From the IMG/VR virus record IMGVR_UViG_3300043427_003402: a DNA stretch of 64,000 nucleotides; one strand, written 5' to 3'. The notes beneath the pieces were generated by a model. That model saw nothing but the letters and a program-made list of their open reading frames with translations, searched no databases and was not told where the DNA came from. Origin of the DNA: a virus. A program made the translations under genes and the position numbers. Positions 7,409 through 17,601 of this stretch are shown piece after piece. Each line of letters starts with the position of its first letter. The first letter of the stretch is position 1.

Positions 7409-8886
7409 TAGCTGATGCTCTCGATCGTGATCGCCTCGTTTATAAAACAGGCGACACGGGGGCTAAACCCTTTAGTTAAATTCTCGGGGAACGACAGTAC
7501 GTACGGGCTGCTGGTATTGAAGATCGTCCCGTCCCCGTACAGCACCTGCGCGAACAAGTCGTAGTCTTGAATGACGTTGACGGCCCCGGCGGCGTGCACG
7601 GCGGCGGTAACTTGCGAGACTGCCACGTTCTCCTCGACCTGTAGGCCGTCCAGATAGCTCTGAATGTTGGCGAGAGCTTGGTTTTTCTGGTCCGTCGACA
7701 GCCCTTCGGCATAGACTGTGCCAGCAAGCCAGACGGGGTGGAAGTAACGCACCAGCGTATTCGCGCAGATGACGCGGTTAATCGGGTCGTTGACGTAGTC
7801 GTCGATTCGCACCACGTCCGGGGCGTAAGAGATGTCTACCAGCAACGTTTCGTTCGTTACACCGGGGTCAACAAAAAGGTACGCCGGGTCTTTCGCCGAG
7901 AACCTCAAGCTCGGGGTGCTGCCTTGCAGGTCAAAGAACGGCGCGAGTTCAGGCTTCCCTTTTACTTTTACGCTGTGCACTTTCAAGACTGCGCGGTACG
8001 CTTCCAACGAAACCAGCGCCTCACCCGCCGCAACAAAAATTTCAACGGTGTCGCGCACAATCGGTGTTTTGACGTAGATGTCGGTGTGCCCGCCGATCGC
8101 CAGCGTTATCGTCCCTGCGACTGGGTCGTCTACTGTAATTTGATCGCGTTTCATTTCCGGGTCTTGGTAGCCGGCCACCGCCAAACGCGAAATCGTACTA
8201 GGGAACTGCCCGTACAGCACTTTTTCAATCGACAGCCGGTTTACCAAGTTGGCCACAACCGGCGCGGTGCGAATACGCTCGGCGTACGCTGCGGCGGACT
8301 CCTGATCCCGGCCGCCGATCATTGGCGCCACAGAAATAATCTCAATCACGTTGGTGTTGCTGCTAAGTGCAGCAGACGTAAATAACGTGCCTACCGCCGC
8401 AACATACTGCGAACCCGGTTCAGCCGCGCGCAGTTGAACGCGCGTGTAAAAGTAGCCAAACGTCGGATCCTCTACTAATTGTTCCGGCGTTACTGACACA
8501 TCAGCTTGCGGATAGTAGACCAGACCGTTCTGCTCGAACATATCGTTTGTAGTTAGCTGCACGCTCTGCCGCACCACGAACTTTATCGCCACGGTACCCG
8601 ACGCCGCTTCCCCCGCACTACGCGTCACGAAAAAGCGGTCACCCACAGCAGCCAGCTCCGAATCCGTTAACTCGTCAGCGGCAAGCAGCGTCGTTTTACG
8701 AGCAGCAGTGTTAATCATGTCAATAATCTGCGCCACCACAGGCAACTGCGCCCGAACAAACAAGTCATACTGCGGGGTACCGGAGCGCAGGTCGAGCTCG
8801 TCACCGGTCGTCGACAGGTAGTTTGCTTTGATCGCCTCGACAAGAAACTGCTCTGCTTGCTGCAAAACAATATCGGTTACCGCCAT
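7408..8886 (-). CDS. baseplate J-like wedge protein
   Basis: RFFVTRSAGEAASGTV, AAEPGSQY, GGRDQESAAAYAERIR are baseplate J/gp47-type motifs; adjacent to gp25-like gene. Confidence 0.85.
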   Translation of the reverse strand: MAVTDIVLQQAEQFLVEAIKANYLSTTGDELDLRSGTPQYDLFVRAQLPVVAQIIDMINTAARKTTLLAADELTDSELAAVGDRFFVTRSAGEAASGTVAIKFVVRQSVQLTTNDMFEQNGLVYYPQADVSVTPEQLVEDPTFGYFYTRVQLRAAEPGSQYVAAVGTLFTSAALSSNTNVIEIISVAPMIGGRDQESAAAYAERIRTAPVVANLVNRLSIEKVLYGQFPSTISRLAVAGYQDPEMKRDQITVDDPVAGTITLAIGGHTDIYVKTPIVRDTVEIFVAAGEALVSLEAYRAVLKVHSVKVKGKPELAPFFDLQGSTPSLRFSAKDPAYLFVDPGVTNETLLVDISYAPDVVRIDDYVNDPINRVICANTLVRYFHPVWLAGTVYAEGLSTDQKNQALANIQSYLDGLQVEENVAVSQVTAAVHAAGAVNVIQDYDLFAQVLYGDGTIFNTSSPYVLSFPENLTKGFSPRVACFINEAITIESIS

Positions 8887-9341
8887 TATGCAATCTCCGT
8901 ACTAAAAGGGATGCTCATACCAACGCTTTGACCTGCCGCGTTTGTCACTACGGCCGTCACTGTCAACATCGACTGCGTCTTATCTATTTCGATTGAGTCC
9001 GCGATTAACCGTTGCAACCGCTGGTCGTCAGGCAGCTGCTGGTCCCGCTGCCGCGCCATCAGCACCGCTTGCGCGCGGTTGAACTCCACCTGTACAAAAT
9101 TCTGCAACTCTGTCACGTCGTTGACCGAGACCCGCCCCACCATCGCCGGTAGCAGTGTACCGAACTCTTCATCTGACGGTATAGAGCCCAGCGTGGTAAG
9201 CAGGCAGTAAATAACTTCAAACACTAACTTGTCTGCGCCCGTACCGTAGCGTGCGTCTGCGAAACCGCGCCGGACGTCGATGCTGTATAGCCCAAGACCG
9301 AGCTTTTCGTACACTCCGGCTGCAAATCCGAACGTTGCCAT
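8886..9341 (-). CDS. gp25/GpW-like baseplate wedge (sheath initiator)
   Basis: LLTTLGSIPSDEEFGTLL motif, 151 aa, coupled to J. Confidence 0.8.
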   Translation of the reverse strand: MATFGFAAGVYEKLGLGLYSIDVRRGFADARYGTGADKLVFEVIYCLLTTLGSIPSDEEFGTLLPAMVGRVSVNDVTELQNFVQVEFNRAQAVLMARQRDQQLPDDQRLQRLIADSIEIDKTQSMLTVTAVVTNAAGQSVGMSIPFSTEIA

Positions 9342-9352
9342 GCGCTACTCCG

Positions 9353-9694
9353 TCAAACCCGCCCCGTCGCGTGGCGCTTTACGCGCCCATCTTCATAATT
9401 ATCGACCTGCTGACGTGCAGCACGGGCGTCCTGTACATAATCTAAGAAGGACTTGTTCCGCAGCTCCACAGCGCGCTTTGACGCGGCGATGCAGTCCAGA
9501 GCCTGCTGTTCTACTGCCAGTAACCCCGGTGCCCTCGTGTCTTTTATCGCCGCCTCCAACGCTTTCGGCGCGTGCAGCGCTGCCACCACAGTTTCTGCGT
9601 AGGGTGTGAAAGTTAAATTTTCTACTGCTTGACGGTACGCCTTCCGGGCGGTTACAAATTTCTGGAACTCAAGGTTCGGAGCAGAGTCAGCCAC
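9353..9694 (-). CDS. hypothetical helical protein
   Basis: 113-aa ORF, GAGAGG RBS, GTG start. Confidence 0.6.
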   Translation of the reverse strand: MADSAPNLEFQKFVTARKAYRQAVENLTFTPYAETVVAALHAPKALEAAIKDTRAPGLLAVEQQALDCIAASKRAVELRNKSFLDYVQDARAARQQVDNYEDGRVKRHATGRV

Positions 9695-9711
9695 AGTAGG
9701 TACCTCTCAGC

Positions 9712-10839
9712 GTGAAGATTCAAAAACCTAGTAAAACCGCGTACGATGACCACCGGAAAGCAAGTGCGGATCGGCATTACGCAACTGTTCTGACGGTGGA
9801 CCCCGTCAGGCATACCGCAACCGTGCTGACTTCCGACAACCGCGTGCTGCGGGATATACCAATTATAAAAGATACGGGCGGGCACGGCGCGGGCGACTTC
9901 TCAACGCCTGAACCAGGGTGGCAGTGCGTGTTAACCCAAGCTATAGGCGTCGAAGCGATTGATTTCTGCTTTCCAGCGGCCACTTATTTCTCGGACGGGC
10001 AGCCCCCGGAGCACGACGAGAACACACAAGCGGTGAACACGTTCTTGAGCCTGACGGGCGCGCCCGCGCCTTACCGTAAAGTAGAGAACCCCACTAAAAG
10101 TTTTCGCGGTCGCCGGCCGTATGATCTGATCGCAGGCGATCAAGGCTTCCGTACGTCTGAGGGCGCATCGGTGTTCGCCCTGCGCGGCGGCGTCGCGGGC
10201 ATCAAAGTTGACGACTTGTGCCAGATCCTACTGAACCAGGTCGACCACTTGACACGCGTCGTTTCTCGGCAATTCGAGCTGATGACCGACGCCGGGATTA
10301 TTCAGAGCGAGAATGACAAAGGTAAAACTTCCTTTCGCGTACGCGCGAACAGCGCTGCCCGTAACACTTACTCCGACGCTTACGAGTTCGATCTCAAGGT
10401 TGGGGCTAACGCAAGCAAAGCGTTCATTGACTACGAGCTGCGCTCACCCGACACAAGGGAACGCTCGGCGTCGCTTAAGATGGATCAGACCGGGACAAGT
10501 GTCGCGTACCAGCGCGGGGATGACCTCCGTGAGGTGGGCGGAAGACAAGGCTTAGGTGTTGCAGGTAATCAAAAAATTATCGTTGCGGGAAATCAGGATA
10601 TTGAAGTTGACGGTAATCATCGTCTAAAGTGTGGAAACGTTAACTTGGGCGATAACGGCGGGGAAAAAGCGCCAATGGGAGAACAGCTTCAAAGGTACCT
10701 GGATGAGCTGAAGTTCTTTCTTGACACACAGCTCATGGTGATGACGTCTATGGGCCCCAGTACACCCGGCGCGTTCATGAAACCTTCCCCCACAGTACCG
10801 CGCTTGCTTTCAGACGTCGTCAAGTATATCCAGCGGTAG
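9712..10839 (+). CDS. baseplate central spike (gpV/gp5-like, OB-fold + beta-helix)
   Basis: N-terminal VLTVDP...PEPGWQC OB-like segment; VGGRQ/VAGNQ/VAGNQ/VDGNH 8-residue beta-helix repeats; MGPS tip. Confidence 0.75.
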   Translation: MKIQKPSKTAYDDHRKASADRHYATVLTVDPVRHTATVLTSDNRVLRDIPIIKDTGGHGAGDFSTPEPGWQCVLTQAIGVEAIDFCFPAATYFSDGQPPEHDENTQAVNTFLSLTGAPAPYRKVENPTKSFRGRRPYDLIAGDQGFRTSEGASVFALRGGVAGIKVDDLCQILLNQVDHLTRVVSRQFELMTDAGIIQSENDKGKTSFRVRANSAARNTYSDAYEFDLKVGANASKAFIDYELRSPDTRERSASLKMDQTGTSVAYQRGDDLREVGGRQGLGVAGNQKIIVAGNQDIEVDGNHRLKCGNVNLGDNGGEKAPMGEQLQRYLDELKFFLDTQLMVMTSMGPSTPGAFMKPSPTVPRLLSDVVKYIQR

Positions 10840-10853
10840 TTAAGGAGTACAAA

Positions 10854-11054
10854 ATGCCTTCAGCTTCGATAGCAGCGTTTAACATTTCAGAGCCCGCCGC
10901 AATGGCAGCACTGGTGCTGGCGCTGCAGGACGCGCTGCAGCCGCGCGATACAAACCAAGTGGACCTGCAAGCCATCAAGTTGGCGAACGCCATATCGACG
11001 TACGTGAAGGCGGCGATGCTGCCCCCGCTAGGCGTTATCGACCTTTCGCCTTAA
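10854..11054 (+). CDS. small baseplate-associated protein
   Basis: AAGGAG RBS; KLANAISTYVK motif common in small genes after spike genes. Confidence 0.55.
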   Translation: MPSASIAAFNISEPAAMAALVLALQDALQPRDTNQVDLQAIKLANAISTYVKAAMLPPLGVIDLSP

Positions 11055-11066
11055 AGGAACTACACC

Positions 11067-13790
11067 GTGCCACCCACCGAGGAACAAATTCGCCTGGTCA
11101 CGAAAGGCCGCTTTGACTCTGGTTTCCAGGGTCTAGACGCGCTGATTCAACCTTTAGACGCAGTCGCCGAACTATTCGGTAAGATTTCGCCGCTGTTAAT
11201 GGCCGCAGAGGGGCTGATTACCGCGTTTAAGCTTGCTGTGCAGATTGTACTCGGTCCCATACTGTTTTTCATGGGCCTCGTGGCCGATGCTACGGGCTTT
11301 ATGCGCACGGCCGCGCAGCAGATAAAAACGAAGCTCGCGGAGTTCTTGGCCGCGGTAGACTTCGACATGGCGCAGGCCGCTTACCGCGGACCGGTCGCGC
11401 AGTTCCCGAATGCGGTTACGGCGTACTTCACCCCATACAACTCGCAGACCAGCGCCGACGCGAACATTCACGCGCACCCGGCGGAGACTGACGTGACGGC
11501 AGTGATTATCGTCACGACCGATAAGGTGGCGGCAGTCGCGCTCTCGCCCGATAACTTTTGTGTCCCGATTGTCAGGCCCCAAAATAGTCCGACACTCCAA
11601 GCCGTAGCGGGGCCGCAGGCGGCCTTTGTCGCCGCGCCCGCCACCTCCGCCACGCTTTACGCGGCTTACGCAATCGCGTATAAGCCCGGTACCTCAGACG
11701 AGATCGAGACGCCCGCCTCGCCTGCCGCGCGCGTGGTGGTGAAAGCCGGAGAGGCCGTACGGATCACGCTACCGGAATCCGAACTCACGCTCCCGGGCGC
11801 GCCCCCGCGTAGCCGCTACGTGTATTTAGGGACGTCCGAAATTACGATGCGCCGCGTAGGGGCGTTGACAGGCTCGGACGCCATGCTGACGGTGCAAACG
11901 CTACCGCCAACCACCGCACAGCTGCCAGTGGGTGCCACCGGAGAACCGCCTGCTGCGCAAAACAAGATTACAAACGCGCAAATTGCAGCGGACGCGGCAC
12001 TCGGCGTCACTTGGAAGTCTGCCGCATCCGCGTCTAAAACTTATAGGCTAGCGCTGCTCAAGAAGCGCGCTGAACCGCGCCCAGCAGGCCCAACCAGCCC
12101 GGTCTCCGTTGCCCCGGCTGGCCTTGGCGAGCAGTTTAAAGCCAACGAGACGTACGAGTTTAGCTACTCGTACATGGGCTTGATAGCAGACCCCGCGCGC
12201 CCAGAACAGCCGCCCCGAGAACTCGAGACGGCAGTTGCCCCGTGGCAAAAGTTCACGACCACGGACGCCACGAGTGGCCTGACCGTGACGGTGCCGGCCG
12301 TCAGCGCGTTTATCACTCTCGTGTATATGCGCCACCCGGATCGCCCCGACACGATGTACCGCGTGCAGACGCTGATGGCGGGCAACGACACTGTTACGTG
12401 GGCGCCCACGGGCCCGCTGACTTGGGCGCACATGCAAACCGCGTGGCCTGTTGACCCAAACTGGGACAGGTTTGAACAGAAGTTTGTAACCGAAGCCGGC
12501 GAAGTACACGCGTTTGCGTTCCCTCAAGCAGGCGTGCTCAAGGGCGAATACCGCGTTGCAGTAGCCTCCGAAGACTCGGAAATGCTGTCGCACAACGTAC
12601 CTTACGAAGGCGCAAAGTTTTTCGAGACACGTACAAAAGAGACAGTGCTTGTTGACTTTCAGAGCGAGTCGGTGGTCGACGTGCAGTTTAAAACAAATTG
12701 GCTGCCTGACGCCACCGTGGACCCGTACGTCAAAGTTAGCCTAAAGGACCCGGCTGACGGCGCCCTTTACGAGAATTCTTTATCCTACGCAGACCAAGAG
12801 TTTTCCCGCTCGTCCGACGGCTTGATCACTCACCGGTGCACCCTGCCGGACGGCGCTAGCTTCGCAGCAGGCGCCAAGTACAAATTGGTGCTGGAGCTTT
12901 TGCAGCAGGGCCAAGCGCAGGACAGCGTGCTTATTGAAGGTATAGTGTACACACCGGACTTCTTTACCGACCGCACGCCACAGGCGCTAACTGTTCAATT
13001 TACGAGCAGCACACAGGCTTCAGTCACCGGGAGAGTAGGCGCGGCGTGGGCAAGCGTACCGAACGGCACTTCGATTAAGTTCAAGTTTGAGGTCCGGTCT
13101 ACTGTACCGGCGGGCACGATGTTTACGGCGCAGGCCCCTTGGACAGGCGGCGCCGTGAGCCCTTCGACCGGAACGACGGCGGTCACGCAGCAAGTCTTAT
13201 TAACAACTCCGCACCTGTTTGCGCAGGGCTCAACCTACGAATTTGTAATTACGCCTGTCGTCAATGGGGAAGAACTTGTCGCGCAGCGGCTAGAAGCGGC
13301 CAAGACGTACGGTACGGCCGCGGCCCTCGCCCCGAGTATGGGCCCGTTGTGGGTGCTGCCTTTTCTGAAGGTATTTTATATTTTAAACCCTGTTAAAGAT
13401 TTCTTAGGGCAAGTTGACAGCGTTCTTGAGCGCGCGTTTTCCGTGTTGAAGGAGACCGTCGATAAGGCAAGCGAGCGTAAAGCTGGTATCGAGGCAATGC
13501 TGAAGTTTTTCGACGACCTGCTCGAGAATGTGCGCAGCGCGTCTAACTCCGTGCAAGGCGCAGTCACGCGCCTGTTCTCGTTCAAGGCGTCTTTCAAGGC
13601 GGCTTTGAAACTCGGGCCCGTTTGTATATTGAAGTACGACGGTAAAGTCGGGAACCTTGGCGCGGCGTTGGCAGCCAACGACCAGTTTGCCACGTTAGTT
13701 GACCTTGGGGCTGACACAGAGATTTACGCCACCATCTACATCGCGCAGGGCTCCGGCCGTGCGTTCGTTAGTTCGTTGCTGGGAGGCTAG
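11067..13790 (+). CDS. large virion structural protein (helical ends, beta-rich middle)
   Basis: 907 aa in baseplate cluster; amphipathic helical N- and C-termini with a duplicated domain. Confidence 0.6.
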   Translation: MPPTEEQIRLVTKGRFDSGFQGLDALIQPLDAVAELFGKISPLLMAAEGLITAFKLAVQIVLGPILFFMGLVADATGFMRTAAQQIKTKLAEFLAAVDFDMAQAAYRGPVAQFPNAVTAYFTPYNSQTSADANIHAHPAETDVTAVIIVTTDKVAAVALSPDNFCVPIVRPQNSPTLQAVAGPQAAFVAAPATSATLYAAYAIAYKPGTSDEIETPASPAARVVVKAGEAVRITLPESELTLPGAPPRSRYVYLGTSEITMRRVGALTGSDAMLTVQTLPPTTAQLPVGATGEPPAAQNKITNAQIAADAALGVTWKSAASASKTYRLALLKKRAEPRPAGPTSPVSVAPAGLGEQFKANETYEFSYSYMGLIADPARPEQPPRELETAVAPWQKFTTTDATSGLTVTVPAVSAFITLVYMRHPDRPDTMYRVQTLMAGNDTVTWAPTGPLTWAHMQTAWPVDPNWDRFEQKFVTEAGEVHAFAFPQAGVLKGEYRVAVASEDSEMLSHNVPYEGAKFFETRTKETVLVDFQSESVVDVQFKTNWLPDATVDPYVKVSLKDPADGALYENSLSYADQEFSRSSDGLITHRCTLPDGASFAAGAKYKLVLELLQQGQAQDSVLIEGIVYTPDFFTDRTPQALTVQFTSSTQASVTGRVGAAWASVPNGTSIKFKFEVRSTVPAGTMFTAQAPWTGGAVSPSTGTTAVTQQVLLTTPHLFAQGSTYEFVITPVVNGEELVAQRLEAAKTYGTAAALAPSMGPLWVLPFLKVFYILNPVKDFLGQVDSVLERAFSVLKETVDKASERKAGIEAMLKFFDDLLENVRSASNSVQGAVTRLFSFKASFKAALKLGPVCILKYDGKVGNLGAALAANDQFATLVDLGADTEIYATIYIAQGSGRAFVSSLLGG

Positions 13791-13795
13791 AAGTT

Positions 13796-15301
13796 TTGCC
13801 CGATACATCATCTGCACTTCCTTATTGGGTCTCATCAGAGCCTATCCAATGGCAACCGCTTAACAGCTCTTTCGCTACTTTGATGACCGCAACCGCAACT
13901 TTCGTGGCAGGAGCGATCGCCATAACCGATAACTCGCGCCTGGCTGCCGAAGCCGTTAACGCGCGGCTGCTTAGCTGGTACCAGTCTGAGATACAACCTC
14001 AAGTCGCCGCCGCACAAGACCTCGCGACCGCCGCGGCCAACTTTTTAGAGGACGTTTTCGCTTCTGGCCTACACTGGTACGTGATGCCGCCCAGTTTCGG
14101 CGGGTTCGGCGCCGTGGAAGACACGGTGCTGCCCGGGCTGTCCGATCCCACTATACCGGACGCGCCCCGCTTCTCCGAAGACATGTACGCTGGTGGTATC
14201 TTGGTGCTCCTGACTGGCCCGCCTTACGTTTTGTACGAAGTGTCCAGTTTGCTCATCAGCACACTTGCAGCGCGACCGGCCACTGCGCAGCGCGCGTTGC
14301 AGCAGCTCAGCACACAAAGCGCGGTCGCCGGCCCCGCCATGGCGGCGCTCACGGATTTGGCCGTACTCCCGCAGGCAGCGTGGAGCGACAGCACCACAAC
14401 TTTTAAAAACATGTTCAACGCCACGCCGGTAGCACAGATTCTCAAGTCCGCATCCGAGTTCCCACAGAAATGGGTACAGAGCACCGAGGTCGAAGTGGCA
14501 CGACTCGAGCCGGATGCGGTACGCGTGCGTACGCCGTTTACGCTGCAGTTATTTGGCCGGGGGTTCCTGGCTACGGACCGCGTCCGCATAAACAACGTTC
14601 TCTACACGCCGGCGGTTGCAGACGACGGTAGCGGTATGCAGGTTGAGCTGCCGGCGACCGCCTTGACTACTGCAGGGCAAACTCGGGTGGCGGTTGCGCG
14701 GGCAGGTGCCGACGCTGCGTGGCGCGACCTGACCGTAGAGCAGCCGCAAGTGCTCGAAACTTTAGCGGAGTTATCCGGCTCCGAGCTCTACGGCTGGCAT
14801 CAATTTGATATATGGGCGCCTTTTTCGGGCCTAGACCCGTGGAAAGGCGTCGCGCAGTTAATACCGGGTGCCGCGCAGATCGCAAGCGCGGTAACCGCGA
14901 CACTTGACGCCGTAGGCGATCCGGCAACCGGTGCCGCCGTAAATAATTTCGCCACGTCAGCGCTACGCGCCTCAAGCCGCTCAGTCACGAGCACTGCCAC
15001 TCGTGCCCGAACCGACCTGCAGCGCCTGCAAAGCGGCATACAGCAGCTGTCAACCGCAACCGCCGCTCTCGGGGCTTCAGTCTTAGTCGTACCGCCAGTT
15101 TTAGGTGGCAACCACCAACTCGGATACGCTTTGCGCCAAGGGCTGAACGGCTACGCACTGAACACGCCCCTCGTCGATCCGGACGCAGCAGTCGCAGGCA
15201 TGTTTATTTGCGCTGGCGACACTGACCGCGCGCGCGTCATCGCGGCGCTAAACCAAGTTTCCTCGGTCTTGCAAATGGTCCCCTGGTCCCCGCTCGCATA
15301 G
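13796..15301 (+). CDS. virion structural protein with internal duplication and IPT/TIG-like insert
   Basis: LEPD...LQLFGRGF...VRIN IPT-like segment; repeated VxPPxxGG...P....AG(I/M) units. Confidence 0.6.
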   Translation: MPDTSSALPYWVSSEPIQWQPLNSSFATLMTATATFVAGAIAITDNSRLAAEAVNARLLSWYQSEIQPQVAAAQDLATAAANFLEDVFASGLHWYVMPPSFGGFGAVEDTVLPGLSDPTIPDAPRFSEDMYAGGILVLLTGPPYVLYEVSSLLISTLAARPATAQRALQQLSTQSAVAGPAMAALTDLAVLPQAAWSDSTTTFKNMFNATPVAQILKSASEFPQKWVQSTEVEVARLEPDAVRVRTPFTLQLFGRGFLATDRVRINNVLYTPAVADDGSGMQVELPATALTTAGQTRVAVARAGADAAWRDLTVEQPQVLETLAELSGSELYGWHQFDIWAPFSGLDPWKGVAQLIPGAAQIASAVTATLDAVGDPATGAAVNNFATSALRASSRSVTSTATRARTDLQRLQSGIQQLSTATAALGASVLVVPPVLGGNHQLGYALRQGLNGYALNTPLVDPDAAVAGMFICAGDTDRARVIAALNQVSSVLQMVPWSPLA

Positions 15302-15311
15302 GAGAAACGAA

Positions 15312-15722
15312 ATGTTGAACATCCAGTACACCTCCCAGTACAACCAACCCGAGCACGTCAAAACGGCGATTTCGGAGCTGTTGCCCTTGGTGGACTTTAG
15401 GACACGCTTTGTTCTGAAAGCACCCGACGACCCGACGTTCCAGCCTGACCAAGACGACGACACCTTGCAGGTAATCAAACTAGACGCTGCGAGCGGCCAA
15501 ACGACGCAGCTGCTGACCGACGGCGACGCTCAGTACGGCCGCCCTTACAAGTTCGGCGACGGCACCAGCCAAAAAGTGACACTACGCAACTGGAACTACG
15601 TGCTGCTGACCAACGAAATCCGCGGAGCCGATAATCAATATAGCTCGGTAAAAACGTGCTATATTAAAGACCGCGAAGTATTTGCCGGGTTGCGCGTAGC
15701 CGTCGGTTTAGCCGCATTTTAA
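15312..15722 (+). CDS. hypothetical virion protein
   Basis: 136-aa ORF, AGGAG RBS. Confidence 0.65.
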   Translation: MLNIQYTSQYNQPEHVKTAISELLPLVDFRTRFVLKAPDDPTFQPDQDDDTLQVIKLDAASGQTTQLLTDGDAQYGRPYKFGDGTSQKVTLRNWNYVLLTNEIRGADNQYSSVKTCYIKDREVFAGLRVAVGLAAF

Positions 15723-15731
15723 GGGTGAAGC

Positions 15732-16823
15732 ATGCACATTGATTTTTACGACGATTCCACCGGGGCGATGCTACGCGACATCTTTCGCGAAGTCGGCCCG
15801 GCCAACGTTCCCGCCTTCGTCAAGTCCGCGCAGTTGGTACCCAGCGAAGAGTTTCGCCGGGACCGCTTCATCTTTGCCGACGACGCCTTAAACAAGTTCG
15901 CCTGCGACACGCCGCAGGACACGTGGTTGTCCGGCGTGTACTTTCTTAAGCAGGCCTCAAGCATGGCACCCGAGGCCCGCGAACGAATCGGTCAGATGCT
16001 GTGGGACATGCACGAGGTTCACGGCTTGGACCCCAGCTATCTGAACGAGAAGCAGGCCGCCGTTTACGAGCAGCCGGAGTATTTGATCACCAGCGCCACC
16101 GCGCCTACTGATTACATTGACCTGAGCTTGCTGCCCGTGCACACCAAAGAAGCGGTAGAAATGTCAGCCCGCGCTTTCAGCCCCGAGATACTTCCGCCCG
16201 ACGAAGTGGTCAACGCTGCAAAGTTTGCAAACACCCTAGTGTCCTTGTGCGAGGATTACAACCTGCCTGTACCGGGCAGCTTGGCGTGGTACTCACAGCC
16301 CGTCAAACGCTCGCACGTTATCGACTCGGTGCGCCAGCGCATCGGGTTCGTGCTGTCCGCCAACGACGCCTATGACCACCAAGCCGGCCTGCAGAAGGCA
16401 GCAGCAGCGCGCGGTGTCGACCTTCCGTACGCGCCGCTGCCGTACGAACGATTTGATCCCAAGGTGCTGCAGGCCTACGACGAGCTGCAAAAAGCGGCGT
16501 ACACCGCAGACTTGGACCAAGAGTTCTGGCACATGTACTACACGCTAGACAAATTGGCTGGCTTGGAACAGCACCCAGGCATGGCACCCGTTTACACGAT
16601 GGCCGGCCGCCCCGTGGTTGACGATATTTACGAAAATTCTATCAAGCTGGCGGGGGTGCAGGTTCTGCTGCACGAACTCCAGAAAATTGCTGACGACACG
16701 CTGACCGACATCGCCCCTGAGGCTGCCGCGCACAGGCACAACCCTGTTAAGTTTGCAACCGCGTTACGCGATCTGCATCCTACGCGGCAGCACGCCATCG
16801 TGGTGCAGCTGCGTGGTGTCTGA
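15732..16823 (+). CDS. predicted head protein with multiple K-x-A sites
   Basis: VKSA, LKQAS, EKQAA, QKAAA, QKAAY, IKLAG, QKIAD; upstream of portal. Confidence 0.65.
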   Translation: MHIDFYDDSTGAMLRDIFREVGPANVPAFVKSAQLVPSEEFRRDRFIFADDALNKFACDTPQDTWLSGVYFLKQASSMAPEARERIGQMLWDMHEVHGLDPSYLNEKQAAVYEQPEYLITSATAPTDYIDLSLLPVHTKEAVEMSARAFSPEILPPDEVVNAAKFANTLVSLCEDYNLPVPGSLAWYSQPVKRSHVIDSVRQRIGFVLSANDAYDHQAGLQKAAAARGVDLPYAPLPYERFDPKVLQAYDELQKAAYTADLDQEFWHMYYTLDKLAGLEQHPGMAPVYTMAGRPVVDDIYENSIKLAGVQVLLHELQKIADDTLTDIAPEAAAHRHNPVKFATALRDLHPTRQHAIVVQLRGV

Positions 16824-17601
16824 GGAAGAGGAGCTCACGCCTGCCCAGCAGGCTGAGCGCGAGGCAAAGGTTCGACGAATCGTTCAAGGCTTCAAGGTGT
16901 TTGCCGACATCGGTACCAACGCCAAAAGCCGCGGCGACTTGGTCCAGCGCCTAGCTTCCAACGTAGCTGCAAGGCACGTGCTAAACGCGCAACAGCACCC
17001 CGAGCAACAGCAGCCTGTTTTAAAGACAGCAAGCGAAGTGCTTGCAGATTGGGAACCGGTCGCGTTAGCCGCAGCGGTAGAGCACCATGCAGGACCTGAT
17101 TGGACGGACTACGAGCCCGAGACGTTGGCGGACGTCACAGGGTTGTCTTCCGATTTAATCACCCGCGCGTTGTGCGCGCGGCACATTCTCCATTCAAATT
17201 CCCCGTTTACAGACTGGCATATTTTTGAGAAGATGGCGGTTGCGTGTAACGGGCGAACAATCGACTTCGAGCACGGACAAGAGCTTGAACCCCACGAGCT
17301 AGCTTGGGCGGTTGCGCAAATGCGGCTGATAGATCCGGTGTCAACGTTCAGCAACGAGGTTAGTAACTATGTTGCTTTCCTGCTTTGGTCCGCCGGAATG
17401 GTGCGCAGTCCGATAGGGTTGGAGTGTTGTGAGCCGCATTTGCTTAAATTACTTAGCGACCATGGGCACGCCGTCCGCAAGGATTACGAGGCCGGCCGCA
17501 TCACGGACGCGACGGAACACCAAGACTGGCTTAGGCGCGTCTGTTCGCGCTACGTATCGCGCAAGTACGATAAGCTAACAAAGGAACTCGAGGCACTATG
17601 A
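16816..17601 (+). CDS. hypothetical virion protein
   Basis: start reassigned to GTG (MSEEEEL) overlapping upstream stop; LKTAS site; ATGA overlap with portal. Confidence 0.6.
   Translation: MSEEEELTPAQQAEREAKVRRIVQGFKVFADIGTNAKSRGDLVQRLASNVAARHVLNAQQHPEQQQPVLKTASEVLADWEPVALAAAVEHHAGPDWTDYEPETLADVTGLSSDLITRALCARHILHSNSPFTDWHIFEKMAVACNGRTIDFEHGQELEPHELAWAVAQMRLIDPVSTFSNEVSNYVAFLLWSAGMVRSPIGLECCEPHLLKLLSDHGHAVRKDYEAGRITDATEHQDWLRRVCSRYVSRKYDKLTKELEAL

Noticed and set aside
11067-13790. Tape measure protein
   Set aside because: Mostly beta-rich and not positioned after the tube genes; no convincing tape measure gene in this window
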